Below, one piece after another: positions 25,761 through 40,250 of a stretch of 64,000 bases of DNA; positions within the stretch are counted from its first letter, which is position 1; every line of letters begins with the position of its first letter. The translations under genes and the position numbers were made by a program. This DNA is from Obrimoposthia wandeli (taxonomy: Eukaryota). The stretch lies in contig CDROCS010000171.1 of assembly GCA_977020255.1 (NCBI GenBank), positions 124,001 to 188,000 of the forward strand, given 5' to 3'. The notes beneath the pieces are model-generated. The model saw only the letters and a list, made by a program, of their open reading frames with translations, was not told where the DNA came from and did no database searches.

Positions 25761-26899
25761 AATAAAATCTGAATATTAAAATTACATATGATTTATAAAT
25801 AACTTTTAAAATGTTTTATTATTTGAAATCCTAGACTCAACCGGTAGAGAAATATGATTCTTAATTTATTATTAAGAATATGTACATAACTTTTAGAACA
25901 ACCTAATAATATTCCTATATTTGTTTAATATTCAATTTTATTTAGTAATAAAAGTTTTTCCAATCAAATTTAATTAAAACCCCATAAAAAATCATTTTAA
26001 ATGCATTTTTATGACTTATGTTTTGTAGATACTAATAAATTCAAATTTAAATAAGTGTTTAACATAAAAAGGAAAAAATGCCACTTTGAATATATTATTT
26101 TTACAAAATTATATAAAAATAAATTAATATTTTCTTTTATATTATAATTATTTAATGAATCGCATTCCCATGTAAGAATATTTATTTTTAAATGCCAACA
26201 CAATATTTTAGGCAATTTCGCTATTTTTATATAGCTTTAGTATTCAAATAAAATACTGCCCATCGACAATTTTACGCCTGTCTCCAATTCTCATTCTGCC
26301 AAAGAATTTCCCCCTGACTGCTCCCATAATCCGGATCAGTCCTTATTTCTGGATCTCATACTTTACCCAGCTGCACTCTTAGACTAGGTCATAAATCCAA
26401 TGAGATAGACTCGATCGATGCAAGTAAACCGCAGCCTTATCTGATGAATTTAATATTCATTTATTGAAATACGACACCGAATAACCAAATAAATCTCAAC
26501 TGTAACAAAAACCATTAAATGAAACTGTCAATTTTTACTTGATAATTTATCATTATCGTGAAATAAAATAATGTTTAGCTGTTAGGAATTTTGACTTTTA
26601 TTGTTTCATTCCATGTCATTTGCTATCACGCCATTTCATCTTTTTTCAAACAAAGTTAAAATTTAGGGAAGGGGTCATATTTCCAAATTTAGAAAAACGA
26701 ATTTGGTTTAAATATCCGAAATTTAGAATATGCACATTTTAAGTTATTAAGAAGTGTTCTCATAAGTCAAATTATAAATATGTTTTTCTCGACAAATTGT
26801 AATAATTGTTGTTATTGTCAAAAAAGTTTAAAAACTAAAGTAAAAGGGAAAAATAAGAAACAACATAATCATCAGCGATTTGTAAAGCTCTCATACATA

Positions 26900-27700
26900 T
26901 TTTTGATTAAGTTGCACAAATTGCATTCTTCGTCAAAATTAAATTATTCGGGAATTCGTATTCTTATAAACATGTCGTGATATTATGATTAGATCTAGGA
27001 AGTTAGCCGGCCACTTGATAGTTCTGATATTTTTCATTCTCAAATACATCAGAGCTTGTTTTGAAACTTCAGAGGAAGCCTTATCTTCCTGAAAGTGGAA
27101 AGAATCTGTTTCAAAATCGGATACAAAATTAGTTTCAAGTATATCGATGTATTTTCTACTATGTATATTACCATTAATCCACACAATAGGTCTTTTTCCA
27201 TGAAAACCTATGGCTCCAAGATCATCCTTTGGTAAATATTTTTTATTAGATCATATCAATAGTGACAACACCCATGTAGACCACTCAAACAAAACGTTTT
27301 ATCATAACTTAATACCAGTTTATTAAAAGTCATACTTCTGCATCCGTTTTTGAAAATTGAGCTGCTAAATTTCTATGAGTTTGTGTGAGATTGGCGAATT
27401 TTGCATATATTTTCCTGGTGCACTGGTGTTTAAGATATACCTAATTGATTCTGGCTTATTTATACTGGATTATCATTCTGAAGATCTCACAAACTAATTT
27501 GTTTGTTAGATGTCATTCTGAGAACTTGCATTTTGATTCTTTTCTTGAACTTCTACTTCCTTTCGGAATTTTTTATTGCTGTTATATAACTTGTTGGTAC
27601 CTTTAAGAAGTTATGGAGCTTTCACAATGAAGCCTGTTTTCCTTCCTTTTCTTCTTCATTCGTAATTTTTTCTTTTCTTTTTGATTAAGAAAACAACTTT
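26900..27700 (-). pseudogene. Tc1-like DDE transposase remnant
   Basis: ILGAIGFHG...YIDILE...FQEDKAS...IKWPANFLDL corresponds to the Tc1 FQQDNAP/WPxxSPDLN region. Confidence 0.75.
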
Positions 27701-27826
27701 GTTCCATATTTATATCTAAGAATTTTCAAACAATGATTAAAACCCAAAAACGACTTATAACTGTAATAAAAAGAAACTGAGAATGATTTCAAATTGCAAC
27801 AACTCTAAACCTAAAATGAAGATGCT

Positions 27827-27948
27827 TTGATTATTCTCCTTACTTGATGGATGTACGAAGCACTTCCATCTACTTAAAATGCAATAAATTAAGCACAAAA
27901 TGCCAACGATCTTTAGTCCGGAGGATGGTAGCACTCTATCTGAATAAA
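27827..27948. repeat. 122-bp dispersed direct repeat, copy 1
   Basis: Ungapped and highly similar to 30399-30520. Confidence 0.85.
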
Positions 27949-30398
27949 AATACGCTTATGAATTTAAAATATATGTTGTTTATTTAAAAGATGCATAATA
28001 ATTATACACCTCATTTTTTATCGTTGTATACAATCCATACGTTATATTTTTTAATTCGTCGTTCTTGAAATTATTGTAACACACTTTAGAAGGATTTTAA
28101 AAATTATTTAATTAGTTATAAATCACCGGGAGAAAATCAATAGTCGTGTGATCATGTGTCCTTCAACCGACGTTAAAATTAACAAAATATGTCAAGGACT
28201 TTGTCGATATTTATCTACAGATGTTGTAAAACTGTTATTGCATTCTATAAGCCCAATATACAGTGACATGCATAGGTAAGGGACATTTAATCGTAGTTTT
28301 GCAGAAACAACGTTTACTCACCAATTCACATTTACTTGGGTCAGTCAAAAAGAGAAAATATCATAAGACAACGAATATTTTTTGAATACATTGAAACTTC
28401 CAGCTATAACAAATAATTATCAGATGCATATTTTATGTCTTTAAATTCTCAAAATGTTTGCTAACTTCCTTCAAAAAGCAGTAGTTTTAAATTGCTTTAC
28501 ATGTGTCATAAAGAAATTCTTGATGTCGTCACTATCTAAATTCCAGTGACGGCACTTAGATGCTTAGAAATAAAATAGCCACCACCAGTCAACATATAAA
28601 TCTAGACATTTGGAAAAATAGGAATATTCAATTGAGATATATTTCGTTAATGTTGTTTACAAATGATTGTGCAAACAACGTTTAATAAATAAAAATACAT
28701 TAACATTCTATAAAGATACACATTGAATATAAAGTGTTTTTGGCTCAGATATTATTTTAAACCTTTTTAACATACTCCAAATGAAATTAAATCTTAAAAG
28801 GAATGATGAGTATAAAGTGAAAAATAATCAAATAAATTCTTTGTTTTTTCATATTAAAATCGCTGGCACTTTATCTGACTACATAGTAATAAAATATTTC
28901 GATATAATTAAAGCTCAACACCTTTTCGAAAGACATTCCTCAATTTTTGTTATACTTTTGAAGCCTACAAGATTATTATTTATCGCGGATATATTATCTA
29001 ATAGTAAATTATATCGAAATTTTTGTTGACCTAATCACACTTGCAACTACTATTTATTAAGTGACAAGCGGAAAAAAAAAAAAAACTGGGACCAAGAGCA
29101 GTTTAATAAACTTTTATCTAATTGAACTCATGTGAAGTTACGTTTATGGCGAGAAACGTTTGTGCGTTCTCCGATTTCTTTCTCCTGTTTAAAATTATTT
29201 AAATAATATTCTTTCAATATATGTAAATATATGTTTCAATGTTTCCTATATGCATATTTCAAAATTTTGACGGATGCATATTCTGAAAAAAAGTCAAAGA
29301 CATCAAAGTATGTCAAATCTAGTCATATACCAACAAAAAATTTAATGCATAAACAGCAAATTTTATAAATATATATATAAAATCTGAATTAGTGACTTAT
29401 ATTGAGTATAAAAAATAATATTAGCTAACATTTGACATTGAAATTTATTAGTTTGAAAATGTATCAATTGTTTAAAAGTAAGATTACTGATCTTTGTTTC
29501 GTTTATTAGTATTGTTTGAATAAACATATTTTATTCAAGAATGACAAATAACTACGGAAATCCTTTGAGAACTTAATTAGGAAAGATATTCTTGAACTAT
29601 TTCAATAACAAAGAACAAGAGAAAATTTATGTATTTTCAATTATATATGTTTTGTTATTTTTTTTGAATTCCAAATAACTTTTTGAAAATCTCATAAGAA
29701 TTTTTAAGAAATTTAATTGGTTTTTCAATTTGAAATTTAGTTTACGAAAACTGTTATTTTGTGATATAAAACCAGGTATCTAAGATGGTGAATACCTACT
29801 TGAATATTACAGTTTCGCAAAAGATATTGGATGTGTACTCTACTCAAATCGAACTATGGTTAAACAAATACACGAAACAGTAAAAAAACTTTAAAAAATA
29901 CGAAATTAATTGTCAAAACAAACCACAATATTAATTACACAAAGTATTTTATCATCTAAACTAGATTTTAAAACATTCCTCTTTACAGTACTGTAGAATA
30001 TTACTAAAAGGAGTTGCAAATGATTCAGAACCGAGCTGCACACTTCTTATTTCAAATTAAAATATCTGAAAGTATATATAATCAACTAAGAGAGCTTAGT
30101 TTGTTACCTATTAGACAAAGAATATATTATAAAATTAGAAGTGTTTATCCAGTATATCTTTGTTATCTAACAACATAATAAAAGATTCAGACTGTAATAA
30201 CTTTTATTTTCTGACAAATAATTTAATTTTTCCTATTATTTAGGAACCAAAATAAACCAATTTGTACAAAGAATCTATTAAAATAAACCAAATAAAATAA
30301 GACAAAGAATTCCCACTCATATTTTTGGCAAGGTCAGAATATTTACACTGTTAAAAAATATAGTTTTTTAAGTAAATGAATATTATTAACCAAATGCA

Positions 30399-30520
30399 TT
30401 GATTATTTTCCTTACTTTATGGATGTACGAACCACTTCCATCTACTTAAAATGCTATTAATCAAGCAAAAAATGTCAACGATCTTTAGTCTGGAGGATGA
30501 TAGCAATCTATCTGAATAAA
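30399..30520. repeat. 122-bp dispersed direct repeat, copy 2
   Basis: Ungapped and highly similar to 27827-27948. Confidence 0.85.
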
Positions 30521-30819
30521 TATTTATACGAAAAATTGTTTATTTAGATAATTTATTTTTGAATTATATCTTAGGTTAAATAATTGTCATCTGGTGTTAA
30601 TAAATAAAAATACAAGATAAATATACAATTATTAAAACAATAATTAATCAAAATACAACTCTGATTCTATACTTTTTTTTCAAATGCTTTGTAAAAGATT
30701 CAAAACCTGTGAGACATTTTTTGATTTCTACACTCGAAGAAATATATATATATATATATATACTTCGACTTATCAAATTATGAAATTTTGTCCACTCCAG
30801 AAATTAGGATAAATGATTG

Positions 30820-31480
30820 AAAAAAAATGGAAATCGGTTGAGTATGGAGTATGTGAAAGGACTTCATACTTCAAGTTCCTTAATTGCTCATGTGTTCGAA
30901 TCAAAACATGCGTGGAGCAAAATGGGTCTTTTCTGATTAGCTAAACTGCGTTGTTAGAATAATAATTTTGATTTCATATGTAAATTTCTGTGCAATAAGA
31001 GTCTGAATTAATTGTTTCGCCTGTATTCTAAACACTGTAATGCATAATACTCGCCATATACCAACAAACAGTTATAATAACCTTTTTAAGTGAAATTATG
31101 GTTTCAGTATTGCTGTGGTGCTTCATCCGTTTCACACTACTTCTCATATTGTAGTACTTTTTCCAAATCATAAATATTTTAATTTTATGAATTTATGTTA
31201 ATGCGTGGTGTACCAATTTTGTCACGTACTATAAGAATTTGATTTTACAGCTTACTCCAGGTCATCCTTATCTATAATAATAGAAGCTCCACGACCTACT
31301 TGGTCTGCTAAGTCAGTAACGCCAGACCTAAACTTTTCAAACCAACTTTATGTGGTACTTTCATTAGCAAAACATTAACCACACGCCCTATTTCTCTTTC
31401 TGAATGCTTCCGTTGCTGCAAGATTTTATTTATTTGCATGTGAAAAATAATCTGTTTTTATTCCAATCCATGCCAAATTA
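30820..31480 (-). pseudogene. mariner (DD34D-type) transposase remnant
   Basis: Minus-strand fragments WFEKFRSGVTDLAD, DEAPQQY and YEVLSHTPYS resemble the mariner HTH and YSPDL regions. Confidence 0.7.
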
Positions 31481-32772
31481 TCAGTCAATTTCTAATTTAA
31501 AAATTAAAAAATTATTCGACATCAAATAAATTTAATTTATGCGCAATAAATGAATAATGTGAGAACAATATTTGATTCATTTAAAGATGTAGTGAAATTC
31601 TAACATTCAAATCGACAATAACTATACAGCAACCGCATATTTATATATAAAATACATATTTTAATAAAATAAACACAGTGAACTAATTAAAAATAACAAT
31701 TTTGTATGTATTCAGTTAAATTTAAATCGACAAATTCTTATATTGATTATTTTCTTATCATTATTACTAAAGTAAACATACCCATTTTATTTAATTTATT
31801 GTAGAAATATACCTGAAATCTTTTGTAACAAAATTATTTTATATCACAACTTCGCCTTACCAAAATTGTCCCACTAAACATTAACTCGTATTAAATTCGT
31901 ATTAAATTTGGTTAAGATAATGTTTGGAAAAAATGCAAATGGAAATCAAGTCATTGAAATACAATTTGTTAAAAGCTTTTTGCTAATATTTTTATTTAAT
32001 GAAATTAAATTTTCGTGCAACAGCCATTGACAAGAATCAAGTAGACAGCTATTTATAAATCAATTTTCTTTAAAGGAATGTGAAATTCTTTCAAAAACTA
32101 TCTTATTTACCAATTTAGGGATATTTAATATTCACTCTTTTATTTTATCCAATTTATTAACGCCACTGAGTAATATATTAAGTGAACCTAAATCTAAATA
32201 AAATTCTTTAGTTTAACCGAAATTGTTTTCAAAAATAAAATGAGTACATTTTTATTTAGTCGATTAAAAATTTTGTCAATGCTGATTTAGTGCCAACTTT
32301 TCTCCGTGTATGTTATATAAAATAAGAAAAATAAGCTTTGGAACAGTAAGCAAAATTGTGAAAACAATGGAATGGTCCCAGAAATTCCGAATTCAATATT
32401 GTAGAAGATGTTTGGCGAATGATATCAAATATTCTAAATTATAATACTCATTAAATCAGTAAACCCCAACTGGAGAATTCAATTGAGAGCTCTATTCTAG
32501 TAATAATGTAGTTTCATAACACAACTTCATAATATTTTCTTAATTACAAAATAACACACATTACATCATCTTCATAACCACCCAAGCTGGTTTTAGCATT
32601 GTTTTCCGATACATTCTAAACTTGAAACTCAACATCATCCTTCAATAATGTAATTATATCGTTCTTCTTTGCCGGAATTATTACATTATTCGTCACACTC
32701 ATTAAATTCATCATAATTCATAATCTTTATGATATCAACTTTACTTCATCAATTCATATTTTATTTTTAATA

Positions 32773-32776
<4 letters not shown>

Positions 32777-32837
<61 letters not shown>
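32777..32837. repeat. (TA)n microsatellite, about 30 units
   Basis: Direct observation. Confidence 0.95.
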
Positions 32838-32839
<2 letters not shown>

Positions 32840-35800
32840 TATAAAGCAATACATTCCCATATATTAGCTTTTAAAACATGGCTATTTATGACCGTTACAA
32901 TAATACGTGCGTAAAAGAAATACAAGGCTCTGTAAAGTGTTTATACAAATATGACCTCTCCTTTGTCTATTTGAATATAATAATTTGTAGTTATAGGGAG
33001 TGTTATTAATTATGAAACTTTTTCTGATGATAAATTTCTTAAAATGAATATAAAATTATGATTGATTCAAAATTATGTTTTTTGTTTTGTTGTAAAGCCC
33101 AAGAAATATGTTCGGTACTAACTTGCATGAGGTGTTAATAAATAGAAACAATATATCTCGGTACATTTTACTGTTTTCCCAACATAACAATTTTAATTAG
33201 AAGAGTATCAAAAATCCCAACTTCTTTACGAGAATTTCCGAATTTCCGAGAAAGTTAACTTCAGCTTAGACATATCAGAAAAGTCATAGATATTTTTATG
33301 ACAAAGTATGTCATCTGTTTCAAACAGAAACGAAGTTGGATTCATTAATCATGTTGAAGTTTGATTTTAAGAAGATTTACAACAAAAACTTTGTAATCTT
33401 TCTGATGCAGAAAGAAACTAAAATTGATATTAAGATGTAATATATGTTTATATGTATTTAATTAATTCATTTTGAGGGTTTTCGTAAATTAGACATTGAA
33501 ATAAACTTAAAAGAAAAACGATTATATTTTTAGGAGTACATTTTTCCCAGTCATTCTTTATATAAAAGCTGTGTGAAATGCATTAAATTTTAGATAATCA
33601 TCAACTATATAAATAATCCTGGAAATTATTTAAAATATTCTTATCACACTAAACTATTAATTTTTTCACTAAACTCGTCCTTTATAGAGGAGGGTATAGT
33701 TATGATGTACTAGCAATATCGTACTCTCTCTTTCGAAAATAATAACGCATCATGTATCACGTAAGATTTTAATAAAATATAGTTACGTAAAATAACGGTT
33801 TATTTATTTTATATTAAATGTTAATAATATTACATTAATATTTGTTCTAGTATTTATTCGCTGCAGGCGTTCACTTTTAATTTTCTCTCATAAAAAATTG
33901 GCTTCCAGATATATTTCCACACTTATTGGGAATGTCCAGGAAGATATCATTAGTAGCATATATATATTCTTGTTCCTACATGATTTCAACTAAAATGATT
34001 GGACCATATACTGTATGATAGAGACAAATGTGTCACAATATGCTCCTTTAATTTGATTTCAGTTAGTTTTATGTAAAGAATTCATTTCTATGGAAATAAT
34101 TTTGGAGATAATTAAGATATTTGAATAATACTTTGCAAACTCAGCCTAGACATCGACCACTATTTGTATCCCAAATTTCATTAGGCATAATTCAATTGTA
34201 GCAGGAGACGGAAATTGAAATTGTTGCTTTGTTTCAGAAATATTGAAATTCTTATTATACGTAGTTGAAACTTCGCATTTGTGGCCTAAACCTCCATAGC
34301 TAGTTGCCTTCCAAATTTGAAATGAGTCTCACTCGTTTAAATTTAGTTTTTCTTTCAGAACTATCGAAATTCCTGGGCGTATTGACTTTCAGATCAATAA
34401 TCTCAAAAATGTCTAAACCGATTTTGTTGAAACGTACAAAATAGATTAGGAACATTCATAACTACGTGTATACAAAGTTTCATTTAAATCCGACTGTTCT
34501 GATTTGAGAAAAATGAAAACCTGGCTGAATCCCCTCCAAATTCCGACTGGAAAACATAACGTTGAGAGGAAGAAATTCCAAATATGATTGTATCAAATAA
34601 CGACATTTTCCAAACTTTCAGTTAGATTATTTTCTCCAATGATATTTAAAAATCTTGTTACGCCATCCATCATAAATTTCCTTGAACTTATATGGGAAAA
34701 GTTTGTCGTGAATTAATTTCAAAAAAGTAACATTTTGATTATTTGATTTTTCTGTACTCTTGCATAATTATTTGAGGTGACATTTTTATTATTTCAAAAA
34801 AGTTAGAGAGATTGACACATAAGTAAATAAATAGTGGAAAATGATTCAGTTTAATTCCACTGACAAAGTACTGGATTACTAATAAATAATTTAATAAAAT
34901 GCGGTAAAAAAATCAAAAGTTATGTTGCATTAAACTCAATTAACTTAAATTCCTCAACTTTCATTTTTGTTATTTATTGATGGTTATCTAAACAAATGCA
35001 TTAAAAAGGAATTTTTGCACTAGTTGTGTAAATGAAAAAATACTACAATGTACGAAGAATTTATATAGTTATATACGTCAAAGCAACAGGATAATTTTGT
35101 TTAAATTATTCCCCATAATAAAAAATATTCCTTGACCAGCAATAAATACATGATTTGATTTTGTGGTAGGGTAGTTGTGACCCTTCAAACTAATTTCCTT
35201 TGATTATCGAGATTTCTTCACAGCATCCACTGCCGCAGAATATATATTCTGTCTATTTGTTTATCTCAAATTCATATCATGTTATTCATAGCAATTCGTC
35301 GACAGGGGTAATATTTACTCTCTGTATGAAGCGAACACTGCTCCCATTTTCATTGTATTTTTATATTAACTCCAGCAACTTCATGACAAGCAAAATCAAT
35401 TTTCACTAAAGTAACTAAATAAAACAAACAAATATTATAATCAATAATTTTGTTTTGATTTATATTTTTATGTGATGAATAATTTTACATTATATCGGCT
35501 GAACTAACCAAAAAGATATAATTAACTTATTGCATAGACGAATTAGTTAATTTTAAAAAGGCATTAAAAATTCAAAAGAACTATATAAATCAAAATATTT
35601 TAAACATTCGGTTATTTTAAAAAAGAAAAAAAATGATTGTGGAAAGAAAACTACATAAAATATAAACTAAACGTAATACAAAAATCGGTGTTAAGTTTTC
35701 AGGGACTTCGAATATTTGCAAAATACTTAAACATTATTTTTGCCAATTCGTTAGAGGATATCAATAAAAAAATAGTACTTGACAGTTTCGAAGAGTTGCA

Positions 35801-36372
35801 TTAAGATACAGGTGTAAGAATTGTAACATAAAGAAAATGACATATTGGACTTGTGACGCTGATGTTCCGGAAACTCTAAGCAAACTTATCGAATCGATGC
35901 CTCGTAGAGGCAATCAGCAAAAGTGACAAGAAACTTTAAGAACATGTTTCTGTTAATTTAATGTAAATATGTATATGTTGTGCATTTCTTTCCGAATGTC
36001 ACAATTGTTTTAAATTTCTAGTAGGCCTTAGTTGAATTAAATTCTTATAAATGATAATAGAAAAACACATTTGTATTCACTGATTTTATTCAATTTTAGA
36101 TCTGAAAGAATATCAGTACGAATTTGTATTTTTGTATCTAAAAAATTATTCTCCATTTGATTTGAGAGTAATAAATATAATTTCATCATCACTAGCACGA
36201 ATTTTGAGTTTATTTTTATTTAACATTTTAATATCAGGTAACTCAAGAAATACAGAACCTTGGCCACAGAGAATAGCTAGGCATTATTAATTCAGCAACG
36301 TAAAAAACGCATCCAGTGCCATTTAAGTATAATCTAAAATGAGAGACTGGCAATATCATATCTTTTGCCAGC

Positions 36373-36592
36373 TGTTATACATAAAAGTTAGGACAATCAC
36401 ATCACGCCTGGAATATGTTGTGGTAAGCGATGAGAGTGATGTGACTGACCTAACAAAAGTGTAGAACACAGAGAGAACTAAAAAATTGTCGATAGCGTGG
36501 CGAGACATTAAAAACACATAAAGTTTGAAACTAGGATAAGGGTTAATTATAGACGTTTTAGAGACAAGCCCAGTTAAAACTTTGTTCTAACA
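36373..36592 (+). mobile_element. Probable small solo LTR (220 bp) with internal hairpin
   Basis: TGTTA...TAACA termini, flanks GCCAGC/CCCAGC, inverted repeat 36387-36405 / 36436-36454. Confidence 0.5.
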
Positions 36593-38099
36593 CCCAGCTG
36601 GACCCCACTATTAGTCCTGTTTACCCATGTTTAATCCTTTTAAATATCACTATTTTCCATGTTTAAACAAGGGTATTGTACTGGGCTTTTGCAGGGAATT
36701 CAATGATTTTATATTGGGTCCCAACTTAATCCTTATTTTTAATAATTTAATGCTGGACACAGCTGACAGCAAGGACGCCAAGTCTGATGCTATCTGAAAT
36801 AGTTCATATAAATTCATTTTTACATACAGTTCCCAGTATGAAGCTTAAGTTGCATAAAAAAGAGATTACAAATGTTTACTAAAATAAGAATGATTATGAT
36901 TTTAAAAAACATTTAAAAATACGCAGAAAGAAAATATTGAAACACCGAAGCATTACTAAAATAAATTATCAGCGTTTCAGGCTAGAACTACACCTACCTT
37001 TTCTCCACATTGATCTCTTGTGTTCAGGAAGAAATTGACATTTCTCCCTTGATCTCGAAACTTAGTTTAGTGACCTCTGTAATAATAGTATAAATTAATT
37101 TGTAGAATCATTTACAATTTTTACCTAGAAAATTAAGAAATCGTTCTTTTTTATGTATTTTGAATGTACAGAAAATATAAGAAAACATATAGTTTTCTAG
37201 CTAATGTGTATTAGTAGTAAAATATATATTTGCTAAACACATATTTTAATTATCCAAGTTCAAAAGAAAAACACCCTAGTTTGTTACTTCATTTGTTTGT
37301 AACATCATAAATAATAGATCGTAGGGAAATTGCAATAATTACAATTGCGATACAAAAAAATCGAATTGGTATTCAATCAATTTCTGAAAGAAGATTACCG
37401 TACTTAATGCTTGTTTGAATTTAGAAATTATTATTTCTGATAAAATAATTTTTTGAATACGTTTTTGCTATTTCAAATTCTACAGACGTTTTCTGATTAA
37501 ACCTTAGTTTCGCGTTAAAAGAGAATATTGAGCTACAATTTGTAAATAACAACAAGATTTTGAATTATAAAAATGATAAAATATGAAAATAAGGTTTCTA
37601 AAACATTAGTTCCTAATTTTCCATTAATCGAAGATAAATTATTCTAAAATTTGAGGTGTTTAATTTTACTTATACAGTGTAAACCCATTATAACGACCCA
37701 TGCCTTTAACAAACATCATGTTACAAAGAGCTGTTTTTTTATTCATCATTTTGGCTATTCACGAATATTATCTTTCCTCCAAAAAATTAATTAAAATAAA
37801 ACAAGATTTGTTAGCCTCTATAAGAACTGTATTTCGTGAATTACTAGGAATTGAAGTCGTTGCAGTTATTTTAAATCAACCCACAGACTTATCTGAAATG
37901 TTAATTTTTTTAATGTATTTTTAAAATGTTCCTGAACAGATATTTACACTATATTTCTCCACTATTCTTTTTTTGCATTTAAAACAAATATCAAGGATAT
38001 TACCCATGTATGTCTGCATTTTTATGTCACTATATATAAATGTCAAATCGACAATTATCTAGAAATTTGTCAAATTGAAGTTGGACCTCTTTCAAACAT

Positions 38100-39700
38100 A
38101 TTTATCACTTCAAAAATAATAATTACGATGTCCCAATTACAATGCATCAAAGGTGGCGCAAGAATCTTCTATATTATGATTTTTGTAGTTGCACAACTCC
38201 AGACAGAAATTGACTTTTATAGTAAAAAAAACTGTTCTTCTCTTTAGCGGAATGGTTGTCTTTGTTAGCTTGATGTCTCATAATTTGAAAGACTTACATC
38301 TTTTTTCAAAGTCATTTCCATTTATAAAATATTTTCTAGTTCAGTTTTTTGAAAAATATTTATTAAATATAATTCCTATATAAATAAATTACATGGAAAT
38401 ATTTGTCACGCATAATTTCTTTTTAACGCAAAAATTTCAATTTAGGAGACAAACCCCAATCTTCCAAAAGGAAAATATTTAATTTTATTTTCTTGGGAAA
38501 TTACGTTGAAATGGAATATATTTCAGATTGTAAAGTAGGCAGACATCTTCTAGATTAAAGTCAACTGAATATGGTACCTTGCAAACAAATTTGTAAGTAT
38601 AATTTTTTGTCCTAAAACATTCAAACATTTTTGCTCGAATCTTTACCATTATTAAATTAGTGATTAAACATTAATAATATATTTAAAATAGTGCTAATAT
38701 CCAATGAAACAATGATTCATCAGCGCTTGCTGTTTTCAAGATATATATTTTCCTGCGTAATATTTTCTGGACAGTAAATTCTTCCGTTATTTCTTGATTT
38801 TTTCAACATTGTTGTAGTTATTTTGTATGTATCGGTAAGTTATTGTAAAGATTTGGAGCATGAATTAAAAATATTCAATGACTCTTTTTGATATTTTTTG
38901 TAAAACGTCGGATCTTGAATTAACTATATAAAACTTGCAATATTGAAATAATTTTATAAATTAAACGCATATTTGTACGCTTAGAAATAACAAATATTTA
39001 AAGAAACAAAGCAGTAGTAAACATATAATTAGTTAGGATAAAATGTCTACCACTGATTTTGAACGGATTTCTAAAAATTTTATTTTCCATATCAATTTTA
39101 TCCTATATTTGTAAATTTTAAAATTCAATTGGGGCAATTGGATTTTGTTATTCTAGTAATTGTGTCCAATGATGTTGAAATTATCTATAATTATCGGTAA
39201 TTACACTATGTAACAATAAATTCTCTGTAATAAAACAGCATATTTGTAATCTAAATGCGCTTATTACATAAAATGTTAATGTAAGGATTCCATCCCATTA
39301 TGGATTATTAGGTACGGTTTGTTACGAAAACAGAAAATTCTTGTATTCGTTTCTAATAAATTCCATTGTTGCGAACGTGAGAGAAGTATTTCAGCTTGCC
39401 ATTTAGAAAGATTTAAATATCTTACAAATTCATTTGACTGGCTTGACATATGAATAGATTTAGTCTCTTATTACATTATTATCTCTATCTGTAGTAAAAC
39501 TTTCGATAATAATCGCATAGGTATCTATCTCCAATATAAAATTTTTACAAATTCCGGTTGACAATTTAATAGAATAATGATGCAAATAGTCAAAATGTTT
39601 TTATCACATTTCTTAATCTTTCTTGTTTCATAATCTAATGATACATTTGCGTTGAATTTCACATTGAACGCTAAACAATTTGATGATTTATTAGTGTCAT
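38100..39700 (-). pseudogene. Highly decayed Chapaev3/CMC-like transposase remnant
   Basis: KILAPPLMH near 38150 resembles the LPPLHIKLG motif. The segment near 39360-39440 is homologous to 43319-43400. Confidence 0.35.
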
Positions 39701-39759
39701 ATAGTTTCTTCTCTAAGACTCATCGCACATAATACAATTCTTTTTACATCTATACGTTT

Positions 39760-40250
39760 TTTGACAAAATCCTCCAACACGTTATTATTTATAAAACCTT
39801 ACCTGATTCAGTCCAACGAGAGCTTTTTGGAAAGAAAATCCAAAACAACGATAAATAATTTTTCTCATCTTTACCATCATTTGCACAATTCTTCGAAAAT
39901 CAATATTAAATTTCTTTCGACAAAATTCTCAGACATGTTACGGTAAAAACAGGTCAAAACCTACAGACGTTATTTCTTAATAGTTTTTAAACTTTTCTGA
40001 CTATAATTCAGACGATCTTGTAAGAATTTTCACTAAAATATGACATTTGACATAATTGATATAATGTGTAAACCATTCGAAGTTTTATTGCTATAGAATT
40101 CGTAATTGGGAGTATTCAGTTAAAGAGGATCTTAAGTTAAATATAAAACCCCAACAGAGGTTCAACTAAGTCTAAATGCGAAGAATCAACTGTTACGAAG
40201 GATATTTGAAGTTATACACAGAACAAAGATAGAAAACGAAAAATATGTTG
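39760..40250 (-). pseudogene. Gypsy pol (RNase H/integrase) remnant
   Basis: Degenerate minus-strand motifs (VDSS..., IDF...NDGKDE...V.DFLSK). Confidence 0.35.
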
